A DNA stretch of 64,000 nucleotides from Chrysomallon squamiferum (lineage: Eukaryota; Animalia; Mollusca): NCBI GenBank assembly GCA_012295275.1, contig CM022675.1, positions 6,324,001-6,388,000 on the forward strand. Direction: 5' to 3'. The notes beneath the pieces are model-generated. The model had not been told where the DNA came from. It worked only from the letters and a program-made list of their open reading frames with translations, and ran no database searches. The position numbers and the translations under genes are program-made. Numbering within the stretch: the first letter of the stretch is position 1; each line of letters begins with the position of its first letter. This document shows, in pieces, positions 14,368 through 29,099 of this stretch.

Positions 14368-14841
14368 ATTATTATTATTGTTGTTGTTGTTGTTGTTGTT
14401 GTTATTTGTGGTAAATCGAATGCTTTACTATGACCTATAGTAACTCTACTTCAGTGGTATACTGCTTTTTACATTACGTTTTCAGAATACTCTGGTCGAA
14501 TCATTAAATTTAAAATAAAGATTATTATTATTATTAATACTACAACTACAGTTACCACCACTATTGTACTAAGTACAGCAACAACATCAACAACAATGGC
14601 ATACTTTCTTGATATTATCTAAGAGAGCAGGAGAAGCATTGTTTATTTTGATCACATTACTAAGTGTTAGTGAATGTAGCTATACATAATGTCAGAAAAC
14701 TCTTTATACCTCCCAGCTTGCTATAACACAAAACAAAACCAATTGAGGAACAAAGTGTGCGTTATAAACAACTTTGATTGCATTTCAGTTAAACGTCTAA
14801 AGTTGTTTATCTGTCTATTTACTTTTTTAATTACTTTTCAG

Positions 14842-15006
14842 GTTGCCCACGTGTCATTTGTATTCTCAAGATTCACTTTCAACATCCACCAGAGATCAGC
14901 ATCGCTGACAACTACATCAACACTACGACAGTATAATCACTGCGACAGATCAACTCTAAAATCACATTCACCAATATTATAAGTACACTTAAGAAAACGA
15001 AAATGA
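14842..15006 (+). other. 5'UTR/start exon of TRIM-like copy 1 (ends ATG A|GTAAGT)
   Basis: Acceptor ttttcag at 14835-14841; the only ATG is at 15003 with an upstream in-frame TAA; the phase-1 donor joins in frame to the large exon; near-identical at 26511-26675 and 41403-41567. Confidence 0.7.
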
Positions 15007-17428
15007 GTAAGTGAAAACTAAAGAATGGACTTTAATGAAGCACCGTTAATTGATAAAATATTTATGTTCTTAATATGTTGATGTTCATACCAAGCATCTG
15101 ATTAATAAACTTTATCAATACATTGAAGAAATCGAAAATAAGTAAAAAAAAGTACTTAATAAAGTTTTAATTGTGTTAATATTATAATTGACACTAAAGG
15201 GTTTATTTTTTAAACTTTGAATTAGTTTTTCATAAAAACTGTTACAAACATCACTCTTATTTTCAATAAACCTTTTTGTTATTGTTTATACATTTGTATT
15301 ATTAAATTGTATAATAAATTATTGTTCACATTGTTAATTTTACTATTGATAGTAATAACAATTTAATGTAAATATTTATATTTCTAGTTGATGACGTTCA
15401 TCATCAAACGAAACCGCTATCAGTCTGTAATTATCCGAAGTCTTTCAAACATATTTTATATTCACAAAATATGGACCCTGAAGCAGAAAGAATGAAGAAA
15501 AATGTAAACATCATTCCAATCACGTCAGACCAGAATATAGACAGAAAGATAGAGGAGTTAAAACAATCAGTCCATGCAAAAGGTACACAATTAAAAGCAC
15601 AACCTTTAAAAGAAAATATTGAAAAAATCGAGACTATTTACAAAATAATAGAAAACTGACCCATCCAGGTAAATACATGTTAAATAATCCTTCATCTGGT
15701 AACAATCAGAAAAACGTTGAATGTTTTCTTGAACAACAACAAAAAATATCAGATTTCATACGAAGAGACATAGAAGATTAAATTCAGGTTGTTGAAATTC
15801 AGAAACTAAATATTAAATTTGTACTAGAAACTCAAAGCGTACAGCTGAACTTAATACTCACACACGTAGACAGAGAGTCAGACAGATTGAACCTAACAAA
15901 ACAATTTACACACAACTACTTTATCCCTCTTGACACTAAAATGTTTAATAGTTAAAACTTTGAATTTGTTTTTGATAAAAAGTATTACAAATATCACTTT
16001 TGTTTTCAATAAACATTTTTGTTATTGTTTATACATTTGTATTATTAAACTGTAAACATAGAAATTATTGTTCACAATGTTAATTTTATTAATAAGAAAT
16101 TAATGTAACTATATTACATTTCTAGAGGTCTCGGATTGTCTTCAAACCATACAATCAATCTGTCACTATCTGACGTCTAGCAAACAAATTTTAATACAGA
16201 AGAAGGAATCTGAAGAGGAAAGAGTTCATGAGATTTAAACTTACTTGGAGAGAATGCAGTCTGTGAGATAGACAGACAGGTGAAGCAGTTAACACGATCA
16301 ATTCAAGTAGAAGGGGAAAAATTAAAAGAAAAAATTGAAAAGTCAAAAGCAAATATTGAACAAGAAAGCCGAGATTGTTTTAAAAAATATACAGAACAGA
16401 TTGTTGCATGTGACGAAATGATCCATTTAGGGAAAAAACTTTCAGATAATCCTGTATCAGTTGTCATTAAGACACACATTCATAGTTTTATTAAACAAGA
16501 ACAAAAAACATCAGATTTTCTGTCAAAAGACATAGAAGGTGAAATTCAGGTTGTTGAAATTCAGAAACCAAACATTAAATTTGTACCAGAAACTGAAAGC
16601 GTACAGCTGAACTTAATACTCACACACGTAGACAGAGAGTCAGACAGATTGAACCTAACAAAAACAATTGACACACAACTACTTTATCCGTCTTCCATCC
16701 TGGTCTTAGGAAAAGGAACACAAACTATAATTATTTTAACTGATAACAAACAAAACAGTGTAAAATGTTTCGCTCTTGAAGATTCTAAATGTCTTAGTGA
16801 ATTCAAACTTGAAAGTGAACCATTTGGTCTTTGTGAATCACATGACGGTCACCTTGTTGTCACTTTGCCAAATAGCTATAAAATTTTATATTTATATGAC
16901 GAAGGTGAAAGTTTACAAGTGAGTAAAACACTGAACACAAAAAAAAAATACCGCTGTATTTCAATGTTACAAGAGAACCGTCTGGCGGTCAGCTATACGT
17001 GGTGGATGATGTCTGATTATGTGGACATATTGGACGAGGACTGTCACGTTGTTCGTTCATTGTCAGTAGCGTTTCCAAATATCAAGGCTCTAACAGTGAA
17101 AGATAAGTCTCTGCTTGTTGTATCTGTGAGTACTGTAACATGTATGACGTCATGTGGTGACGTCACATGGCGGTCAAATCCTGAAAAAATACGTTGTTTA
17201 ATCGTCGTCTGTTTGGTGTTACATGTGACACAGACGGGTTTGTTTATGTCTGTAATGTTGCTAGAAATTGTATTGTCCAGTTATCACCTAGTGGACAAAT
17301 TCTCCGTGACATTGTCACTGACCAGGATGGACTGTCCAGACCACTACGTCTCCATTTTCATAAAATGTACTTTTTACGTAGCACAGGAGGATGGTCAAGT
17401 CAAAATATTTACTTGGAAGAAAGGTTAA
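15003..17428 (+). pseudogene. TRIM-like coiled-coil + NHL/beta-propeller gene, copy 1 (exons 15003-15006, 16126-17428), frameshifted
   Basis: Nearly identical to copy 2 but -1 nt near 16227 (gttcatgag vs gttcgcagag) and homopolymer indels near 17185 and 17362-17375; may be sequencing error. Confidence 0.75.
15388..15930 (+). pseudogene. Partial, diverged duplicate of the TRIM-like coding exon (coiled-coil half)
   Basis: Own acceptor tttctag; homologous to 16126-16690; duplicated block bounded by ttgacactaaa at about 15189 and 15930; stop at 15659. Confidence 0.75.
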
Positions 17429-18149
17429 CACATTATCCAAAACCTGAATTTGATTTTGTGAAATGACAGATTGAAAACAAATAGAAAAAACTCAATACAA
17501 ATTATTAAGATGTTTTTCTCTCGTTTTACCTTCGTTTCTTTCTGTCTTAACAGTTTCCATTGTTAGAAAATTTCACAATTTATTGATTTATTCTGAGCAG
17601 TTTATACATAGAATTAATTTCTATTATTTTGAATTGTCAAACTTTTGAAACGATTCAATGCAATGACTCAGTGTTTTAATATTTATTTTAAATACTTTTT
17701 TAGTTATATTATTTTAAATGTTTCTTTTATGTATTATTAATGTTGGTATTAGTATTACTAGTAGTATTATCATCATCATCATTCTGAATTGTCAACTTTA
17801 GTAACTGTTCAATGTAATGTCATATTTTCTAATATTTATTTTATATTATTTACTTAGTTATATCATTTTAGATGTTTCTTTTTCATATTATTACTTATAT
17901 TTTTTACAATTATTTATTTATTTATTTATTTGTTCATTATTATTATTATTTTTATTATAACTTATTTTTTCAAAATTATATATTTAGTTATTTATTTATT
18001 TATTTATTTATTTATTATTATTATTATTTATTTTTTTACCTTTTCATTCTATATTAATCTTTTTTTTTTTTTTCATTCTGATTGATTTTGTTTGGTGTCG
18101 CTTAATGTATTAGATAAATTAAATCTTTCTAATTTATTTATTTATTTAT

Positions 18150-18181
<32 letters not shown>

Positions 18182-18225
18182 TATTTATTTTTCATATTAT
18201 TTCTTATTTTTTCACAATTATATAT

Positions 18226-18258
<33 letters not shown>

Positions 18259-18266
18259 TTATTTTT

Positions 18267-18297
<31 letters not shown>

Positions 18298-19984
18298 ATT
18301 CTTATTTATTTTGTTTGGTGTCGCTTAGTGTATTAGATAAATTAGATCTTTTTAATTTTTTTCTACTAAAATAATAGTCTGCTTACAGCATTTGATATGA
18401 TCATCTACTTTTTTATTTCAAATTTAAAAGGGTAAATGAAGGAAAAAAGTTAACTTTTACCAAATTTTATTGTTTTATAATCTGTGTTTCACAGAGACAT
18501 AATTATTAATTATTCTTGCAATCATAAAATTTAAATTTTATCCAGGTTCTAATTTCTTTTAATTTTAATTTAAACTGGTCTGAATGCAGAGGAAAAGCCC
18601 CCACAACAACAAACAAATTTAGTACCTAAGTTTTCTGCTTGTTTTATCATAATAAATAACTGTTTTCCTCAGACAAAGTGTAAACAAATATTAAATATGA
18701 TTTTATTTACTGGATCATGCTAAATTTAAAAGCAAATGAAGAAAAAGTGAATTACAATCTTGACTGTTTAATATTTATAACTAATTTTATATAAATAAGA
18801 TCACTGATTTATTTGTCAGTAACCAACATTTATAACCAATGATTAGTATTTAAGTTGTCAAAAACTAATATTTATACCAATGATCACTATTTTACTTCTC
18901 TTTAGATAATATTTATATTAGTGATCACTATTTTATTTGTCACTAATATTTATATCACTCTAATTAATATTTTACTTCTTTTATTATCATCAACATTTCG
19001 CTGAGTCGTACCTATTATTTTTATGTAGACCGATCGCTTTTTATCGTTTTACAAAATATTTACAATTACATCACATCTAATTTGGAGAGAAACATTTTTG
19101 TAACAGTACCCACAGTATAGTTTTTACTTATGTCGTTAAGACAAGATATTATTTCCTCTCGTATGTTTTGCAATAATGATCTTATGTTGACTTGTAACTT
19201 ACATAAATTTAGTGTGTTGATCACTCTTTCTTATCTCAGTAATATAACTGTCCATACCTTAATTATCATTATTTTTGTTAATATTTGTATATTGCTTTTA
19301 CTGTTTTTAAGTTCTTACTAACAAACATCTATAACAAGCTAATCACTCTTTTTACTACATACATATCTTTTTATTTTTGTGATGCTTCTATAATTAGTAA
19401 TTAGTAGCATCATGCAATAACAATTTTAATCGTTCGTAACATATTCTTATACAGTCTGATCACTAATTCACTTATTACTAACAGAAATATTTATAAGCGA
19501 CTATTTATTTTTTTCTTAGCTAATGAAGCAACTAAAAAGAGGTCATTTGTTTATTAATAATATGTGTGTGTGCATAGATAGATAGATAGATAGATAGATA
19601 GATCTGTTATTAAGTAAAATAAAAATAAAGAAAACCATAATTATCATCATTATCGTCGTGGTCTAAAAATAATAATTATTATTATTGTTGTTGTTGTTAA
19701 TCTTATTATTTTGTTGTTGAAGTAATAACAATGGTTGCATATTGTTGAACATTTTATTAAGAACTGTGTGTCTGATTAATTTTATATTTATTTATTTAAT
19801 TAATTACTTATTTATTTATTTATCTTTTTTGTGTACAACTGTTAGTTACAGATATGCGTAGAAGTATTTATATTTAGTTTGACTGATCATTGTGTTATTT
19901 ACTTTTCTCTTCCTCTGGCCATTCTCTCTGTACTGTTATTTACTTTTGTCTGTATGTCTCTGTGCACTGTACTGTGTTATTAAA

Positions 19985-20524
19985 AAAAACACAAAGAAAT
20001 GTGACGTCACTGTCATAATATGCTCCACATCTGATGTTTTCGATTTTAGCCTGATAAAATCAAGTTTTCCTTCTTTCTCTCTTTTTTCCTTCTTTTTTCT
20101 TCTTTATTTATTTATTTATATATTCATTTATTTTTTCATTCATTCATTCATTTAAATTTGATTGCTAATGTCTAGCTTGACATCAATTACACCAGTGTAT
20201 GCCTTCATTCTTCTTTTTCTTCTTCTCCTTCTTCTTCTTGTTCTTCTTTTACTTATTAATAATAGCAGTAGTAGTAGTAGTAGCAGTAGTAGCAGTAGTA
20301 GTACAATGATTATAATTATTATTTTTATGTTACTATAATTTTCTTTTTCAAAACGGAAACAGTTTAAATCAAAGACAATTCCCATTTCAGTGTATTCAGT
20401 ACACTGCGCAATAGATAAATACATAAATAACCATATAGATATGATATAAATATCGCGAAGTGATATAACAAAACAACTGAATTGTTTCTATAACCTCAAC
20501 AACAACAACAATAATAATAACAAA

Positions 20525-20558
<34 letters not shown>

Positions 20559-22215
20559 TCAATAATAATAAGTGAAATAATAACAACAACACCAACAATA
20601 ATAATAATAATAATAACAATAATAATTCAATCCTAAAACCGCTTGATCACCTCGTTATCGAAATATTGAAACTACACTGATCTACATAGTTTCGTCTTAC
20701 AAATTATTTCCCGGTGTTTCTAAAAGGATCATTTACAGAGCGAGCGGACGGCGTAGAAACTGTTTGAATTTGTTAATTCACAATTTCGAATCTAACTCCA
20801 TTTACACCACAGGTAAGGCACATTTATACAATACTGTTTTCCTCTGTTTAGCTTGTAATGATAAAAATTGAATTGTCGTTGGGTTTACCGATAACACAGT
20901 CCAATATCCGAAACTTCGCTTTCCATAATGTTTTGATTTGAAAGCAATACACCCTTTCTGTGAGAAACAAGAACAACAACAACAAGAAGAAAGAAAAAAT
21001 GAACGCATTAAGATTTACCAATGAATAGGAAACGAGGATATAAATTTAAGTTAATTAAAGGAACATTTAATTAAACTTTGCCTTGTAATTGTTACTGCGT
21101 GCATTCTTATTAATGAAATATCCATTCTGAAGGAAGGCGAATTTCCGTCACATAGATCCGGTATCCATTTCTTTATTTTATTGTATTTTCAGTCCATAAT
21201 GATGTTGATGATAATAATAATAATTATGATTTCCTTTAGTTTTCACTTAGTTAATAAACCTTTTAGTAAAAAGAAAATAAAAAAATTAGTGTATATCCAT
21301 ATCTAGGTAGATAGCTAGATAGAGAGATAGAGAGAGAGAGAGAAGGGGGAGAGAGACAGAAAGATAGATAGATTGATAGATAGATAGATAGATAGATAGA
21401 TTCGTAGATAGATATTGATATTAATATATATTTTACTGTTAAACAAACAACACTAGTACTAATAGTTCACTATGTACACTGTTATTTATTTTTGGCTACA
21501 TCTCTCTCTACAAATGTACTGTGGTATTTACTTTTGTTTTCATCTTTCTGTTCACTGTATTGTGTTATTTAGTTTTGTCTGCATCTCTCTGTTCATTTGT
21601 ACCGTATTAATTTTTTATTTCTTCATTTAATTTTGTTATCCCAAACAGAGTGAATAAATTAGTAAATAAAATAAGAAAAAAACAAAGAAATGTAACCTCA
21701 CTGTTATAATGTGCTCCACATCTGATGTTTTCGATTTTAGCCTGATAAAATCAAGTTTTCCTTCTTTCTCTCTTTTTTCCTTCTTTTTTCTTCTTTATTT
21801 ATTTATTTATATATTCATTTATTTTTTCATTCATTCATTCATTTAAATTTGATTGCTAATGTCTAGCTTGACATCAATTACACCAGTGTATGCCTTCATT
21901 CTTCTTTTTCTTCTTCTCCTTCTTCTTCTTGTTCTTCTTTTACTTATTAATAATAGCAGTAGTAGTAGTAGTAGCAGTAGTAGCAGTAGTAGTACAATGA
22001 TTATAATTATTATTTTTATGTTACTATAATTTTCTTTTTCAAAACGGAAACAGTTTAAATCAAAGACAATTCCCATTTCAGTGTATTCAATACACTGCGC
22101 AATAGATAAATACATAAATAACCATATAGATATGATATAAATATCGCGAAGTGATATAACAAAACAACTGAATTGTTTCTATAACCTCAACAACAACAAC
22201 AATAATAATAACAAA

Positions 22216-22246
<31 letters not shown>

Positions 22247-23035
22247 TCAATAATAATAAGTAAAATAATAACAACAACACCAACAATAATAATAATAATA
22301 ATAACAATAATAATTCAATCCTAAAACCGCTTGATCACCTCGTTATCGAAATATTGAAACTACACTGATCTACATAGTTTCGTCTTACAAATTATTTCCC
22401 GGTGTTTCTAAAAGGATCATTTACAGAGCGAGCGGACGGCGTAGAAACTGTTTGAATTTGTTAATTCACAATTTCGAATCTAACTCCATTTACACCACAG
22501 GTAAGGCACATTTATACAATACTGTTTTCCTCTGTTTAGCTTGTAATGATAAAAATTGAATTGTCGTTGGGTTTACCGATAACACAGTCCAATATCCGAA
22601 ACTTCGCTTTCCATAATGTTTTGATTTGAAAGCAATACACCCTTTCTGTGAGAAACAAGAACAACAACAACAAGAAAAAAGAAAAAATGAACGCATTAAG
22701 ATTTACCAATGAATAGGAAACGAGGATATAAATTTAAGTTAATTAAAGGAACATTTAATTAAACTTTGCCTTGTAATTGTTACTGCGTGCATTCTTATTA
22801 ATGAAATATCCATTCTGAAGGAAGGCGAATTTCCGTCACATAGATCCGGTATCCATTTCTTTATTTTATTGTATTTTCAGTCCATAATGATGTTGATGAT
22901 AATAACAATAATTATGATTTCCTTTAATTTTCACTTAGTAAATAAATGTTTTAGTAAAAACAAAAAAGTAAAATAGTATGTATCCATATCTAGATAGATG
23001 GATAGATAGAGAGACAGATAGAGAGAGGGACTGGG

Positions 23036-23080
<45 letters not shown>

Positions 23081-23081
23081 T

Positions 23082-23127
<46 letters not shown>

Positions 23128-23220
23128 TCGTAGATAGATATTGATATTAATATATATTTTACTGTTAAACAAACAACACTAGTACTAATAGTCCACTACG
23201 TACAATGTTATTTATTTTTC
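19985..23220 (+). repeat. Tandem duplication of about 1.69 kb (about 19985-21500 and 21678-23220), each with the putative first exon
   Basis: Near-identical ORFs at 20152/21843 and 20802/22490; single copy at about 31830-33280. Confidence 0.9.
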
Positions 23221-23929
23221 TCTTCATCTCTATGTTCACTACTTACTTTGTTATATTTTCTATTTGAGACAGATCAATTCAAATTTATATTTATTTATTT
23301 ACTTATTCGTTTATTTATTTACTTATTTATTTATTTATTTACTTACTTATTTATTTATTTATTATTGTTGTTGTTGTTGTTGTTGTTGATGTCGTAGCTG
23401 GATGGGAAAGGTCAGCGTCGTATTTGTAACCTACACCTCATGCAAGGAGATATATTACTCTTGTTTTATTCAATAACAAGTGTGCAGGTGGACTGCACCC
23501 AATGAATCAATCTATTCGCGAAATGCTTGTGAAAATCATAACGTTGTAAAGAACATGTATCAAATTTTATCTGTAAGGGATGCTAGCATATGGTAACTTA
23601 ATGTACAGGTTCAAAAGTACATGTAAAAGAATTTAAAAAAAAAATTAAAAAATCGTTTTTGAAATATTTTATATTAAGAGGATAGACTTGGAAATGTGTT
23701 GGCATTCTCACCAAGACGACCTGAGTAATACAGTATATTAAAAAATACGATCTGCACTTAAAAGTAGAAACTGAAGAAAACGAGATCTGCATGTTAGTCA
23801 TGTGAATGTTATTTGTATTGTACCTAGAATATAAAACTTGTATATCACTTAAAACTTAATAAACCAAGAAGATTACATTAGTACAAAACAAAAATTAAAA
23901 AAAAAAGTGAGAAAGAAATAAGCAGTATA

Positions 23930-25423
23930 TATATACCCCACGAGAAAATTCATACTATTCATCGTCTGATGCTTTTGACCAGCTTGAAAATGAATATCTG
24001 TAATTTGATAATATGTATAACACGATGTATCTTACTGGTTACTTCACTAGTAAAACAGCTGACACTAATGATTCTATTGTTACTGAGCAAAAACAAAGTA
24101 TATATTGATGTTACATATATTAATATATCGAGTATCAAAGCATAAAAAGAAAATTAGCTATGGTCGTATTCTCCTTGACTTCTGTAGATATAGTAACATG
24201 TTTATTATGAATGGTAGAGTAGGTGAAGATAAATATGTGGTGGAGTATATTTGCAAAGATGGTAGTGGCGTTGATTACTCCATTCCCAAAAAGCGTTTCT
24301 ATTCTGCCATTTTCTTCTTCTTTATCTTCTTCTTTATCTTCTTCTACTTCTGTGTATCAAACTACGTAGACAAATACATCCTGAGAATACTGTAGTTTTT
24401 AGTTCATCAAGGAAGTCCCAAAGAAATGGTATAATAATAAATAAACACGAATTCTGCGATAAATGAATTGAAATTAGAAAACTATCGTGTTGTTCTGTCT
24501 CAAAAGAGTGCTAACATCTTATTGAAGTTTAGAACCTCTGATGTTAAACTTTCTATTGAATCTTGACGATGGTTTAACACTCTAAGAAAAAGCAGAAAAC
24601 GTCAGATTTGTAATCTTCATAAAATTGGAAACGAACGTCATTTTATATTTGAATGTAATGATCCTGTATTATTAAATGCGCGAAAAGTTATAACACAGAA
24701 ATACGAGAGACATCCAGATATAATTTCATATAATAATTTAACAGTGAAAAAAAAATATATATATATATAAAACAACTATATAACAAAGCAATGAAAACTA
24801 TGCATAGCCTAATAGCTAAAATTATCAGAATAATCTCTCCGTCGACTGTATGCTTGATTTATTTGTCAAATTAATACAACCAAATTGTATTGTATGGTTG
24901 TAAAATACGGGGTTTTACAAATGTACAAGTAGTAGAAAGACTCCATATGAAATTCTGTAAGTATTTACTAAATGTTAATAAATGTTCCCCTGGTTTAATG
25001 ATCTATGGTGAACTAGGATGGTATCCTCTTTGTATTTCTATAAAAGTAAGAATAATAATCGTTTGGGGAACCTGATATGCAAAAGTCAAAACAAGATTTC
25101 CTCACAGCTATATTATTTAATGCATGTTATCGATTCTCCTTGGAACAATTTGTAATACATATCTTAGATGTTTCTGGTTTAAAATAAAATGTTAAATAGT
25201 TATGTGAAACGGTAACCAAAATATTACATGATCATTATGTACAAATATGGAAGAATGGAACAGAAAATCTCCAAAGGGTATGACAGAGAAATACGAGAGA
25301 CATCCAGATATAATTTCATATAATAATTTAACAGTGAAAAAAAAAATATATATATATATGTAATACATTATTCTCTGTATTGTAACCCTACAGTTTATGA
25401 GAATAAAGTCATTGTCGTTGTCC
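23930..25423 (+). mobile_element. Decayed LINE fragment (duplicate of 12250-13756)
   Basis: Same endonuclease-end, C-terminal and LYGC..GELG motifs. Confidence 0.85.
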
Positions 25424-25701
25424 TTAACTTTTAAAGTTCACGAAGTCGCTGTTACTTCATTGTCACATGATCTAGATATGTTCCGCTTTGAAATAGTCAT
25501 CGTGAAGTTTGTCACATACACGAGCTAGGAAACGACACACTTTATGCTTTCTTTAAGCTATTTGTTTTCTTTAAAAGTAAAATAAATAATAATAATAATA
25601 ATAAAATCAAATTTCGCAAGTTCTTAAAATGAATAAGTAATTTCGTGGAGGTGTTTATTATTTTATTTATTTATTTATTTAATGATGGTATTATTATTAT
25701 C

Positions 25702-25752
<51 letters not shown>

Positions 25753-25771
25753 GTTATAATTATTATTATTA

Positions 25772-25817
<46 letters not shown>

Positions 25818-26005
25818 TGATCTGTTTCTTTAAGTGATGAATGTGATTCTGTTTTGAATATCGTTTATCATGATGTATATATATCATTGTCATATGTAGA
25901 TATTTCAAATCATATTTCAAAATATCCGAAGAAGTGATTAATAATAATAATATTTATCAAAGTATTATAAAAAAAATTATATTGTGTGCATTTTATTCTA
26001 ACGAA

Positions 26006-26036
<31 letters not shown>

Positions 26037-26671
26037 ATTATTATTATTGTTGTTGTTGTTGTTGTTGTTGTTATTTGTGGTAAATCGAATGCTTTACTAT
26101 GACCTATAGTAACTCTAATTCAGTGGTATAGTGCTTTTTACATTACGTTTTCAGAATACTCTGGTCGAATCATTAAATTTAAAATAAAGATTATTATTAT
26201 TATTAATACTACAACTACAGTTACCACCACTATTGTACTAAGTACAGCAACAACATCAACAACAATGGCATACTTTCTTGATATTATCTAAGAGAGCAGG
26301 AGAAGCATTGTTTATTTTGATCACATTACTAAGTGTTAGTGAATGTAGCTATACATAATGTCAGAAAACTCTTTATACCTCCCAGCTTGCTATAACACAA
26401 AACAAAACCAATTGAGGAACAAAGTGTGCGTTATAAACAACTTTGATTGCATTTCAGTTAAACGTCTAAAGTTGTTTATCTGTCTATTTACTTTTTTAAT
26501 TACTTTTCAGGTTGCCCACGTGTCATTTGTATTCTCAAGATTCACTTTCAACATCCACCAGAGATCAGCATCGCTGACAACTACATCAACACTACGACAG
26601 TATAATCACTGCGACAGATCAACTCTAAAATCACATTCACCAATATTATAAGTACACTTAAGAAAACGAAA

Positions 26672-29099
26672 ATGAGTAAGTGAAAACTAAAGAATGGACT
26701 TTAATGAAGCACCGTTAATTGATAAAATATTTATGTTCTTAATATGTTGATGTTCATACCAAGCATCTGATTAATAAACTTTATCAATACATTGAAGAAA
26801 TCGAAAATAAGTAAAAAAAAGTACTTAATAAAGTTTTAATTGTGTTAATATTATAATTGACACTAAAGGGTTTATTTTTTAAACTTTGAATTAGTTTTTC
26901 ATAAAAACTGTTACAAACATCACTCTTATTTTCAATAAACCTTTTTGTTATTGTTTATACATTTGTATTATTAAATTGTATAATAAATTATTGTTCACAT
27001 TGTTAATTTTACTATTGATAGTAATAACAATTTAATGTAAATATTTATATTTCTAGTTGATGACGTTCATCATCAAACGAAACCGCTATCAGTCTGTAAT
27101 TATCCGAAGTCTTTCAAACATATTTTATATTCACAAAATATGGACCCTGAAGCAGAAAGAATGAAGAAAAATGTAAACATCATTCCAATCACGTCAGACC
27201 AGAATATAGACAGAAAGATAGAGGAGTTAAAACAATCAGTCCATGCAAAAGGTACACAATTAAAAGCACAACCTTTAAAAGAAAATATTGAAAAAAAAAT
27301 CGAGACTATTTACAAAATAATAGAAAACTGACCCATCCAGGTAAATACATGTTAAATAATCCTTCATCTGGTAACAATCAGAAAAACGTTGAATGTTTTC
27401 TTGAACAACAACAAAAAATATCAGATTTCATACGAAGAGACATAGAAGATTAAATTCAGGTTGTTGAAATTCAGAAACTAAATATTAAATTTGTACTAGA
27501 AACTCAAAGCGTACAGCTGAACTTAATACTCACACACGTAGACAGAGAGTCAGACAGATTGAACCTAACAAAAACAATTTACACACAACTACTTTATCCC
27601 TCTTGACACTAAAATGTTTAATAGTTAAAACTTTGAATTTGTTTTTGATAAAAAGTATTACAAATATCACTTTTGTTTTCAATAAACATTTTTGTTATTG
27701 TTTATACATTTGTATTATTAAACTGTAAACATAGAAATTATTGTTCACAATGTTAATTTTATTAATAAGAAATTAATGTAACTATATTACATTTCTAGAG
27801 GTCTCGGATTGTCTTCAAACCATACAATCAATCTGTCACTATCTGACGTCTAGCAAACAAATTTTAATACAGAAGAAGGAATCTGAAGAGGAAAGAGTTC
27901 GCAGAGATTTAAACTTACTTGGAGAGAATGCAGTCTGTGAGATAGACAGACAGGTGAAGCAGTTAACACGATCAATTCAAGTAGAAGGGGAAAAATTAAA
28001 AGAAAAAATTGAAAAGTCAAAAGCAAATATTGAACAAGAAAGCCGAGATTGTTTTAAAAAATATACAGAACAGATTGTTGCATGTGACGAAATGATCCAT
28101 TTAGGGAAAAAACTTTCAGATAATCCTGTATCAGTTGTCATTAAGACACACATTCATAGTTTTATTAAACAAGAACAAAAAACATCAGATTTTCTGTCAA
28201 AAGACATAGAAGGTGGAATTCAGGTTGTTGAAATTCAGAAACCAAACATTAAATTTGTACCAGAAACTGAAAGCGTACAGCTGAACTTAATACTCACACA
28301 CGTAGACAGAGAGTCAGACAGATTGAACCTAACAAAAACAATTGACACACAACTACTTTATCCGTCTTCCATCCTGGTCTTAGGAAAAGGAACACAAACT
28401 ATAATTATTTTAACTGATAACAAACAAAACAGTGTAAAATGTTTCGCTCTTGAAGATTCTAAATGTCTTAGTGAATTCAAACTTGAAAGTGAACCATTTG
28501 GTCTTTGTGAATCACATGACGGTCACCTTGTTGTCACTTTGCCAAATAGCTATAAAATTTTATATTTATATGACGAAGGTGAAAGTTTACAAGTGAGTAA
28601 AACACTGAACACAAAAAAAAAATACCGCTGTATTTCAATGTTACAAGAGAACCGTCTGGCGGTCAGCTATACGTGGTGGATGATGTCTGATTATGTGGAC
28701 ATATTGGACGAGGACTGTCACGTTGTTCGTTCATTGTCAGTAGCGTTTCCAAATATCAAGGCTCTAACAGTGAAAGATAAGTCTCTGCTTGTTGTATCTG
28801 TGAGTACTGTAACATGTATGACGTCATGTGGTGACGTCACATGGCGGTCAAATCCTGAAAATACGTTGTTTAATCGTCGTCTGTTTGGTGTTACATGTGA
28901 CACAGACGGGTTTGTTTATGTCTGTAATGTTGCTAGAAATTGTATTGTCCAGTTATCACCTAGTGGACAAATTCTCCGTGACATTGTCACTGACCAGGAT
29001 GGACTGTCCAGACCACTACGTCTCCATTTTCATAAAAATGTACTTTACGTAGCACAGGAGGATGGTCAAGTCAAAATATTTACTTGGAAGAAAGGTTAA
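26672..29099 (+). CDS. TRIM-like coiled-coil + NHL/beta-propeller protein without RING/B-box, copy 2; exons 26672-26675 and 27799-29099, 434 aa
   Basis: Spliced frame MKVSDCLQTIQSICHYLTSSKQILIQKKESEEERVRRDL...; propeller-blade motifs PSSILVL, ILTDNKQNSVKCF, PFGLC, LFGVTCDTDGFVYVCNVARNCIVQLSPSGQILRDI, GLSRPLRL; open to TAA. Confidence 0.85.
27057..27601 (+). pseudogene. Partial duplicate of the TRIM-like coding exon in unit 2
   Basis: Copy of 15388-15930; stop at 27331. Confidence 0.75.

Larger units (their letters stand above)
11302..21480 (+). repeat. Segmental duplication unit 1 (near-identical to about 23388-33290)
   Basis: Matching ORFs at an offset of about 11.67 kb (14689/26358, 16280/27954); differences are mostly microsatellite and homopolymer lengths plus one deletion of about 420 bp in unit 2. 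Confidence 0.95.

Noticed and set aside
14689-14982. 97-aa ORF conserved in three copies
   Set aside because: Conservation is explained by recent duplication; it spans an intron acceptor and the 5'UTR exon and has no recognisable domain
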